A stretch of 13,686 bases of DNA from a virus, in UHGV virus genome UHGV-0355549; one strand, given 5' to 3'. The position numbers and the translations under genes were made by a program. Below, piece after piece: positions 1-6,636 of the stretch; the first letter of the stretch is position 1, and every line of letters begins with the position of its first letter. The notes beneath the pieces are model-generated. The model saw only the letters and a list, made by a program, of their open reading frames with translations, did not search any database and was not told where the DNA came from.

Positions 1-451
1 CGTCATCACTTCCGGTCAGCACATCGTGCGTTTTCCCCTTGTTGTCAGTTACGCGGAGATAATCCCCGGAGAAAGTCGACACACGGCTGTAAGCCACACC
101 CACCATCGCATACGCGCTGAACCATTCATTCACGCGTACAGACGGCCCCGCCATCACGCTGAACCAGCGGTTACGCACGGAATCTTCATGCCAGCGGGTA
201 TCGCTGTAGCGCGTTTTTTGCTCATCCTCAGCATTGGCATAACTGAAGGACGTAATCAGCCCCAGCGCGTCCGTAAACTCATAACGGTATTTCACGTTAA
301 TCCCGTTCAGATCATCACTACCGGGAACGTTCGTCGAGGCATGGAGATACCCCGCGCTCAGCGTGGACTGATGTTCTGCTGCACTCGCTGGCGTAGCAGC
401 GGCGACCTGCCAGACTACTGCGGACAAAATAACAGCACATAATTTACGCAT
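1..451 (-). CDS. lom: Lom-family outer membrane beta-barrel protein (Ail/PagC/OmpX family), 5' portion only; 3' end lies beyond the window start
   Basis: Minus-strand ATG at 451 preceded by GAGGT RBS; my translation begins MRKLCAVILSAVVWQVAAATPASAAEHQSTLSAGYLHASTNVPGSDDLNGINVKYRYEF..., with a signal peptide followed by lambda Lom-like sequence; position immediately downstream of J as in lambda. The + strand ORF 26..442 in the track is the antisense shadow of this gene. Confidence 0.88.
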   Translation of the reverse strand, partial: MRKLCAVILSAVVWQVAAATPASAAEHQSTLSAGYLHASTNVPGSDDLNGINVKYRYEFTDALGLITSFSYANAEDEQKTRYSDTRWHEDSVRNRWFSVMAGPSVRVNEWFSAYAMVGVAYSRVSTFSGDYLRVTDNKGKTHDVLTGSDD

Positions 452-469
452 AATTACCTCTCGCTTTTC

Positions 470-499
470 TGCAATAAAAAAGGCGCCATTTCTGGCGCC
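470..499 (-). terminator. Putative rho-independent terminator between J and lom
   Basis: GGCGCC-6 nt loop-GGCGCC hairpin (482..499) followed on the minus strand by TTTTTTATT (plus-strand A run 476..481); sits 20 bp downstream of the J stop. Confidence 0.55.
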
Positions 500-518
500 C
501 GTATCTGGGTTATAAAAT

Positions 519-3500
519 TCAGCTAATCGTGATGCCTGCAGTGGCTTTCTTCATCACCACAACCAGCAAATCGCTGATACTTGCTGTGGGATACCAGTTA
601 TTTACCAGCCATGCTGACACCGAAAACTCCAGTGTCATGTGACCGTGACCGGCAGGCATATCAATAACACCACTGTAAATCAGCGTATTATCCAGCGCGG
701 TACGGTTATAAATTTCAGCACCGTTTTTCCGCACTATCAGACGGCATGAGGAGTAAATATCAGTATGCTCTTTCTCATGTTTAGCGCCGCTGAATGCCAC
801 CGCCGGAATAACAATCTGCCGGTCAAACGGCTGATCGTCATAAACCCTGACGGTAATGGTTCCTGATGGCCACCGCTCCGGTGCACGGGAGTCCCGGGGG
901 AAAGCTTTGCCCACTGTTTTAACGAGATCGCCTTCAATCTGGTTCGCGGACAATTTTCCCAGAACCCGACAGTTCTCGTTAATCGTGACGTTGTTGAGCG
1001 TCCCGGAGTTCGCATTCACGTTACCGCTGATATCGGCATTTTTCGCCGTCAGCCGCCCGTCCGGTGTCAGGGAAAATGCCGGAGGATTACCGCCGCTGGT
1101 AATGGTGGGAGCCGTCAGATATTTCAGGAACACTTCATTCATAAATATCTGATCGCCCTGACCAACAAACATCGGCTTTGTGTTGCCATTCGCAGGATTA
1201 ATCATCGCAATCCTGTCTGCCGCCAGCAGCACCTGACTCTGCATTCCTGCTGGCGTATTCTCAATACCGGCACCGATACCCGCAATATAAAGGCGTCCGT
1301 CCTGCATCTGCTGCAGTTTCACGGCCCACATGCTGTTCAGGTTATTATTTGTATCAACCTGAACTTTCTGTATCTGCTGGATTGCCGCACTCTGATTTTC
1401 CAGTTTTTTATTGACGGTCTGCGTGATTTCATTGCTGACATTCGTAATGGACGTCCTGATTTCAGCCAGGTCCGGCGCAAGCTGACCGTTATCAATCTGC
1501 GTCCACAGCTCCTGGGCCAGATGTGTTTTCCCGATTTCTCCTTTGAAAAAATCCAGGTAACCTTCCGCATCATCGCTCGCCCGACCGACAGCCTCCACGA
1601 ATGCCGATTTGCCAACAGTATTCACACTGCGGATATAAAAATAATAATCATGGCCCGGTTTGATATTGATACTGGCAGCTATCCAGTACAGCGCCGAGCC
1701 AAGATAGCGGGCTGCGGTTTCAACCTGCCTGATATCCGCAATCCGCTTTTCCGAGAACCAGAACTCAAACTGTACCGTCGGGTCATAAACGGCAAGATGC
1801 GGCGTGGCGGTTATCTGAAAATAGCCCGGCGTCAGCTCAATCCGCGACGGTGCTGCCGGTGCGGCAATCCGGAAGGTGGTGGTGGCAGGTTCACCCTGCT
1901 GGCCATAGCTGTTTATCGCCCGCACCGTCAGGGTGTATTCCCCGAGCGGCAGGCCGCTGAAACGGTGCTCCGTGTCTGCGGTGATAGCGGTGGTCACCAG
2001 TCTGGCATCCGTTCCCTTACCACTGGTCAGGCGCAGACTGAAGCGCACACCCTTCACCACCCGCGGCGTGTCCCATTTCGCCTGCGCCAGATACTGGCCG
2101 TCAGCTGCGCTCACCTCCACCGTCAGGTGCTGCACTGCCGGTGGGATGACGCTGTTCAGGGAACCTGACTGCGGCTCAAAGCGGGCACCGTTATCCACGA
2201 TGGCTTCTTTTTCCGGTACGTGCTGCACCGCCGTGATGGCAAAGGTGCCGTCCGTGTTTTCCCGGACGGAGACACAGCGGAACAGGCGACGGCGCAGTGA
2301 CGGCAGGGAGAGTCCCCACACCCCGTATGTCTCCACACCATCAGGCAGGGTACTGACCTGTATCCGGTCCGGCGCGGGGTGTTCGGTGATGTCCACACTC
2401 ACTGGCTTACCGCTGCCGTTAATCAGGTTCACCGTGGCGGCACCGGTCTCCGGAAGTGTCACTTCACGGTCCAGCGTCAGGGTGCGGGTGGCAGCATCAA
2501 TGGACAGGACACGTCCGCCGGTCAGGGTCCCGGCATAGTCGTTATCACAGATTTCAATGATGTCACCGGGTGTGTGCCGCAGCCCCTGAGACCCGAGCGT
2601 GAAATCCACCGTCTGCGTTTCCAGCAGTTCGGTCTTTATCACCCACAGTCCGGCACGGTGGGCCTGACCGCGGCTGGTACAGCCGAACGCGTCCATCTTC
2701 AGCAGGTTGCGTCCGTAGCGCAGTATGGCTTCCGGGTCTTCCACCAGTTCCGTGGAGGTCTGCCAGCCGTTCTGCGGGTCGGTGTAATTCACCTCCACCG
2801 CCGTGTGCCGGTCCTTCAGGGCACTGAAGCTGTAGCGGAATCCCACGCCGTTATCATCCACCACCACATCGCTGTTGGTGTACGGCCACACCACATCCGA
2901 CGGGCGGTCCTGAACGAACGTCAGCGTCTGACCGTTCCATACCGGCATACAGCGCATCGCAGAGCAGAAATCACTGAGAACGTCCCACGCCTTACGCTGT
3001 TGTGCCAGGTACGCATTAAAGGTCATCCGCGGCTCGGTCCCCCCGAAACCATCCGGGACCGTCTGATCGCAGTACTGCCCGATGGCATACAGCGCCCACT
3101 TGTCCACATCCGCCGCCCCCAGACGTTTTCCCATGCCGTAGCGCGGGTGAGTCAGCATGTCCCACAGGCACCAGGCCGGGTTGTTGCTGTATGCCGGTTT
3201 CAGACTGCCGTCCCAGATACCACTGTACGTGCGTTTTTCCGGGTCATAGTTTGACGGCACCTGGATGATACGACCGCGGATATGGTAGTTCACCGTCATC
3301 TGCTGGCCGCCGAACTGCTCCGCATCCACCTGCAGCCCCACAATGGCCGTGTTCGGGTAGCACTGTTTCACATCGATGATTTCGGTGTATGACGACCACA
3401 GCGTCTTATTCTGCAGCTGGTCCGTGGTGCTGTCCGCCGTCTCCCTGACCATCCGGATGTTAAAGGGCCGGGGAGGCAGATTATCCAGAATCACCGAGGC

Positions 3501-3992
3501 CAGGAACTGTGAGGTGGTCTTGCCGTTAATGGTGACGTCCTTTTCTGTCACCCAGTTACCGTTACGCTGTAACTGAATCAGCAGGCGGACGGTTGCCGGG
3601 TTACGGTCACCCTTTGAGGTGGTCTCCACCAGTGACTGCACCCCGAAGGTAACCCGCAGGCGGTCAATGTTCACGGACGTAATGGTGCGCGTCACCGGTT
3701 TTGCCTTCGTCACTTCCACGCCCAGTCCGGTTTCAGCTCCGGAGGACTCAAAGCCTTCCGGTGGTGTCTGCTCCTGCTCCCCGGCACGCCAGACCGCGGT
3801 CACACCGTGTATCACGGGATTACCGTCCGTGTCCGTCAGCGGGGTTTTGTTCACCAGAATACTCTGCAGTCCCTTCACCGGACCTTCTATCGGTCCCTCA
3901 CCAATCGCATCAATCACACTCATCATCTGCGTGGATTTGAGATTATCCTTCGCCTCACGAGGCGTGTGTGCCTTACCGCCACCTTTTCCCAT
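519..3992 (-). CDS. J: Central tail fiber / host specificity protein J (1157 aa)
   Basis: Single long ORF; N-terminus [22 protein letters not shown]... and long collinear stretches (e.g. [82 protein letters not shown]) match lambda gpJ as I recall it; ATG at 3992 preceded by GGAAGG; located between I and lom as in lambda. Confidence 0.97.
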   Translation of the reverse strand: MGKGGGKAHTPREAKDNLKSTQMMSVIDAIGEGPIEGPVKGLQSILVNKTPLTDTDGNPVIHGVTAVWRAGEQEQTPPEGFESSGAETGLGVEVTKAKPVTRTITSVNIDRLRVTFGVQSLVETTSKGDRNPATVRLLIQLQRNGNWVTEKDVTINGKTTSQFLASVILDNLPPRPFNIRMVRETADSTTDQLQNKTLWSSYTEIIDVKQCYPNTAIVGLQVDAEQFGGQQMTVNYHIRGRIIQVPSNYDPEKRTYSGIWDGSLKPAYSNNPAWCLWDMLTHPRYGMGKRLGAADVDKWALYAIGQYCDQTVPDGFGGTEPRMTFNAYLAQQRKAWDVLSDFCSAMRCMPVWNGQTLTFVQDRPSDVVWPYTNSDVVVDDNGVGFRYSFSALKDRHTAVEVNYTDPQNGWQTSTELVEDPEAILRYGRNLLKMDAFGCTSRGQAHRAGLWVIKTELLETQTVDFTLGSQGLRHTPGDIIEICDNDYAGTLTGGRVLSIDAATRTLTLDREVTLPETGAATVNLINGSGKPVSVDITEHPAPDRIQVSTLPDGVETYGVWGLSLPSLRRRLFRCVSVRENTDGTFAITAVQHVPEKEAIVDNGARFEPQSGSLNSVIPPAVQHLTVEVSAADGQYLAQAKWDTPRVVKGVRFSLRLTSGKGTDARLVTTAITADTEHRFSGLPLGEYTLTVRAINSYGQQGEPATTTFRIAAPAAPSRIELTPGYFQITATPHLAVYDPTVQFEFWFSEKRIADIRQVETAARYLGSALYWIAASINIKPGHDYYFYIRSVNTVGKSAFVEAVGRASDDAEGYLDFFKGEIGKTHLAQELWTQIDNGQLAPDLAEIRTSITNVSNEITQTVNKKLENQSAAIQQIQKVQVDTNNNLNSMWAVKLQQMQDGRLYIAGIGAGIENTPAGMQSQVLLAADRIAMINPANGNTKPMFVGQGDQIFMNEVFLKYLTAPTITSGGNPPAFSLTPDGRLTAKNADISGNVNANSGTLNNVTINENCRVLGKLSANQIEGDLVKTVGKAFPRDSRAPERWPSGTITVRVYDDQPFDRQIVIPAVAFSGAKHEKEHTDIYSSCRLIVRKNGAEIYNRTALDNTLIYSGVIDMPAGHGHMTLEFSVSAWLVNNWYPTASISDLLVVVMKKATAGITIS

Positions 3993-4095
3993 ACAGCCTT
4001 CCCCTGAATAAATTAACCGCCACTTGCCATTCCGTACAGAAGTCGGATATCCTTCGCCCGAAAAGCATGAAACACATTTCTGCCATGCTAAAGAG

Positions 4096-4130
4096 AAACC
4101 CCGGTATCAGCAGATACCGGGGTTTTCTTT
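4096..4130. terminator. Perfect 13-bp inverted repeat with 4-nt loop flanked by T-tracts on both strands (possible bidirectional intrinsic terminator or regulator-binding palindrome)
   Basis: AAACCCCGGTATC agca GATACCGGGGTTT (4096..4125) followed by TCTTTC on plus; on the minus strand the same hairpin is followed by CTCTTT. Lies in the non-coding I-J spacer. Confidence 0.45.
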
Positions 4131-4197
4131 CATGCCCACCGATAATCCTGTTGGTTAAAACCGGTAATGGCATAAAAATTCTGAATATCTTCACATT

Positions 4198-4225
4198 TTC
4201 ACACACTGACTGTGGCGCGTATAAT
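4198..4225 (+). promoter_or_regulatory. Sigma70-like promoter candidate (TTCACA -16 bp- TATAAT) with AT-rich upstream region
   Basis: -35 TTCACA at 4198..4203, 16-bp spacer, consensus -10 TATAAT at 4220..4225; AT-rich UP-like sequence upstream (aaaaattctgaatatct); predicted start near G4232. Confidence 0.4.
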
Positions 4226-4231
4226 TTCTCT

Positions 4232-4329
4232 GCGTTAATTTTTTTGTCGTGATATAAGAATAATTCCTTACACTTAATCTTCGTAACTCTCCCGCAGTTC
4301 CTGTCCGCGATCACTGCGGGATTTTTTTA
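4232..4329 (+). ncRNA. Candidate small RNA (about 100 nt) transcribed opposite to the late operon, from the promoter candidate to the intrinsic terminator at 4291..4329
   Basis: Promoter-like element upstream, no credible ORF or RBS inside, AU-rich body, 3' GC-rich hairpin plus U8 tract; an architecture typical of Hfq-type sRNAs. Purely sequence-based prediction. Confidence 0.3.
4291..4329 (+). terminator. Rho-independent terminator (plus strand), convergent with the 3' end of gene I
   Basis: CCCGCAGT (4291..4298) pairs with ACTGCGGG (4313..4320), followed by ATTTTTTTATTCTTTTT; on the minus strand no U-tract follows the hairpin, so it is plus-strand specific. Confidence 0.55.
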
Positions 4330-4335
4330 TTCTTT

Positions 4336-5016
4336 TTACCCCTGCCGCCCGATAACCACGACCTTTCCGCCCCCGCCTTCATCACGGGTGCTGATGTCCT
4401 GGGATATACGGCGGGAGCCAACCAGCATTTCCCCGTAAGGCACCGGCATCGGGTTCCCCTGGGCAATCATGTTATCCAGCGAGGAAAAGTACGTGTTCTG
4501 TCTGCCGTTATCCGTTGCGCGGTAATCCGGTGTTTTTGCCTTCGGGGCCAGCATCTGGGCCACTCCGCCCAGTATCATGCTGGCACCCAGTGAAAACAGC
4601 ATCGTGGTGGCAGAAAAACCACCGGCACTCAGGGCTGTACCCCATAACGCCATCGAGCCTCCGGCCGTGAAGAAAGAGCCCACGATGGCTGCCGCCCCCA
4701 GCACAATCTGCAGTCCACCCTTTCCGGCCCCGGCCAGTCGCGGCACAATGTGGATGACCGTTCCCTCACCCAGCTGTTCGTGAAGACGGGCATACACCGC
4801 CTCCGGTGCCGTGTCATCACCGGCAATACGTATCTGGTACCAGCCTTCGTTCATCTGACGGCGAAAGCCCGGCATCTGCATCGACAGGGCGCGAATGGCT
4901 TCCGCTGCCGTGTTCACATACAGGCTGAGGCGGCGGCCAAATCGTTGCAAATCCCCGTGAAGGCAGATGCGTGCCAGTGGCGGTGACGCCAGACAGAATG
5001 CGTTCGTCGTTGCCAT
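4336..5016 (-). CDS. I: Tail tip assembly protein I (226 aa)
   Basis: ORF MATTNAFCLASPPLARICLHGDLQRFGRRLSLYVNTAAEAIRALSMQMPGFRRQMNEGWYQIRIAGDD... matches lambda gpI (ubiquitin-like N-terminal domain); start overlaps the K 3' end by 103 nt exactly as in lambda; ATG at 5016. Confidence 0.93.
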   Translation of the reverse strand: MATTNAFCLASPPLARICLHGDLQRFGRRLSLYVNTAAEAIRALSMQMPGFRRQMNEGWYQIRIAGDDTAPEAVYARLHEQLGEGTVIHIVPRLAGAGKGGLQIVLGAAAIVGSFFTAGGSMALWGTALSAGGFSATTMLFSLGASMILGGVAQMLAPKAKTPDYRATDNGRQNTYFSSLDNMIAQGNPMPVPYGEMLVGSRRISQDISTRDEGGGGKVVVIGRQG

Positions 5017-5598
5017 TTTTCGGAATACCTCTCCCGTTTACTCAGTTGTTCAGGCAGATGGTGAAGCAGCTCACCGTTGCCGCAGTAAATGGCGGCATGG
5101 TTCGGTACCGAAGCACCAAAGCAGCACAGCAGAATATCGCCCGCCTGTGCAGAGGACAGGGGCACCCGGTAAAAGCCGGTGACCGCCATATTGTCCAGGT
5201 AAAGGTTCTGACCGTGGCGCCACCAGTCATCCTCGCGATGAAAATCCGGCATTTCAGTCCCCGCCAGATGGTATGCATCCCGGAACAGGGTGTAACAGTC
5301 CGTCACCCCGGCAGACCAGCCACCAGGGCAGTGCGCTTTTTATCTGCAGCCGCCGGTCAGCCTCGCTCAGCCAGGGCAGCCCACCGGGATGACTGTGGAC
5401 CAGTGCCACAATCTCCCCCTGCATCTCTGCCCGCAGCCAGTCTTCCGGTGCGATACGAAAATACGCCTCCGGCTCTGCAGAAATATTCACACAAGGGATA
5501 TACCACTCCCCCTCCGGCGTGCTTATCACGAAGCCGCACGACTCCGCAGGCGCACACCGCCGGGCATGCGCCAGAATCGCTGATTCAGTCTGTGTCAT
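4914..5598 (-). pseudogene. K: Tail tip assembly protein K (JAB/MPN metalloprotease-like N-domain + NlpC/P60-like C-domain), reading frame interrupted: N-part 5254..5598 and C-part 4914..5339 are in different frames
   Basis: ATG at 5598, 10 bp after the L stop. N-terminal frame carries the JAMM-like motif (EIVALVHSHPGGLPWLSEADR) and ends ...LPWWLVCRG then runs 17 more codons to a stop at 5254. C-terminal frame (open from 5339) reads ...GVTDCYTLFRDAYHLAG...NHAAIYCGNGELLHH (NlpC/P60-like Cys/His). The span 5598..4914 is 685 nt, not a multiple of 3. Frames switch near a C4 run (plus 5306..5309); removing one base there gives a continuous K of about 227 aa. Confidence 0.55.
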
Positions 5599-5608
5599 AA
5601 ACCGGGAT

Positions 5609-6307
5609 TTACTGCGAAAGTTTATTAATGGAAAGGAAACCGCCAAAATTGCCGACATTCCTGCGCAGTTCACACCCGCGCATGCACTTGCTGCATCTGT
5701 CCTTACGGATATCCGTGGTGGGGTTGTCGAACTCATCCGCCACCGCAGGACCGTTATACCCGCATTCATCTCCCCGGTAATCCCACATACAGGTGTTCGC
5801 CAGCATGATGCGACCGGGAAACAGCGCCCCGTCCGTCTCGGTCGGTGTAGCCAGCACAAACGAGGCCGTCATGGCTGTCAGCTGCGACATCTGCTCCACC
5901 ACCCAGCGGTCACTCAGCTCCTGCTCCGGGTCCGCCTCCGGATTGCCCGCAACGAAATTCACCGCATCCAGAAAACGGGCATACACCCGGCGGCGGACCA
6001 CCGTGGCCCCCACCAGACTCTGCAGGTCTTCCGCCATCCCGGTGACCAGACCGAACAGATTGGACACCGTCAGCGACGGTCTGGCACTGCTGCCCCGGCC
6101 GTTCATCTCAAAGCCGCTGCCGTCAATCGGGTATGCCTCATACTTACGCCCCTGCCAGGTGACCGGCTCCCCTTTTTCATTCAGCTCATTACAGAAAAAA
6201 TACCGCTCACCACCCTGTACCGTCAGGTCGATTTCCCAGAGTACCACCCGCGGTGACTGCTCTGACTTAACCGACTCGTTCAGACTTTCTTCTCGAATAT
6301 CCTGCAT
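5609..6307 (-). CDS. L: Tail tip protein L (232 aa)
   Basis: MQDIREESLNESVKSEQSPRVVLWEIDLT...VGNFGGFLSINKLSQ matches lambda gpL in sequence and length; start ATG overlaps the M stop by 1 nt (TGATG) as in lambda. Confidence 0.94.
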   Translation of the reverse strand: MQDIREESLNESVKSEQSPRVVLWEIDLTVQGGERYFFCNELNEKGEPVTWQGRKYEAYPIDGSGFEMNGRGSSARPSLTVSNLFGLVTGMAEDLQSLVGATVVRRRVYARFLDAVNFVAGNPEADPEQELSDRWVVEQMSQLTAMTASFVLATPTETDGALFPGRIMLANTCMWDYRGDECGYNGPAVADEFDNPTTDIRKDRCSKCMRGCELRRNVGNFGGFLSINKLSQ

Positions 6308-6636
6308 CAGTTCACCACCTGCTTAAACTCCGCGCTGAACTCAACGCGCAACATCCCGACCCGCGCAGACCACCCGGCACAGGTCACCTTTATCTGCCGG
6401 TATGCATAGGGTGGCTTCCACAAAAATGCCTTCCAGCCACCGTGCTCTGCCAGGAACGCTTCCAGATGCCGGGCCTCCTCCCGGGTCACGGAAAGCGTCA
6501 CCCTGTATGTTTTCAGGTCAGCATTCAGCCCTGCCGCCATACGCTGTGAGTACCCGTCACCAAAACGCACTTCACGCACCGATGGCTGCGAGTTCACCTC
6601 CATATCCGGCTTCACTTTCCAGCGAAAGGTTTTCAT
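6307..6636 (-). CDS. M: Tail tip protein M (109 aa)
   Basis: 109-aa ORF MKTFRWKVKPDMEVNSQPSVREVRFGDGYSQRMAAGLNADLKTYRVTLSV...; same length and position as lambda gpM; ATGA overlap with the H stop. Confidence 0.9.
   Translation of the reverse strand: MKTFRWKVKPDMEVNSQPSVREVRFGDGYSQRMAAGLNADLKTYRVTLSVTREEARHLEAFLAEHGGWKAFLWKPPYAYRQIKVTCAGWSARVGMLRVEFSAEFKQVVN

Noticed and set aside
26-442. + strand 138-aa ORF at the window start
   Set aside because: It is the antisense shadow of lom; the minus-strand translation gives a clear signal peptide plus Lom-like sequence with RBS and ATG at 451, while the + ORF has no RBS and an odd His/Arg-rich composition.
737-3254. Several + and - strand ORFs of 80-291 aa nested inside J (e.g. 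1521..2168 +, 1933..2538 +, 2379..3254 +, 737..1015 -)
   Set aside because: All are embedded in or antisense to the J coding sequence; Arg/Pro/Cys-rich compositions typical of spurious frames in GC-rich DNA; no RBS.
3968-4314. ORFs inside the I-J insert (3968..4252 +, 94 aa; 3973..4314 -, 113 aa; an 8-codon minus-strand ORF MKENPGIC running into the palindrome)
   Set aside because: They run straight through the hairpins, lack convincing RBSs and/or overlap the J start out of frame; low-complexity sequence. A leader-peptide-type micro-ORF cannot be fully excluded but is unsupported.
4230-4330. Possible tRNA in the I-J insert
   Set aside because: No T-psi-C loop consensus (GGTTCGAATCC-like) or cloverleaf arms recognisable; the structure is a single 3' hairpin plus U-tract, more like an sRNA or terminator.
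5519-6326. + strand ORFs of 245 aa and 177 aa across K and L
   Set aside because: Antisense to the well-supported L and K genes; no independent signals.
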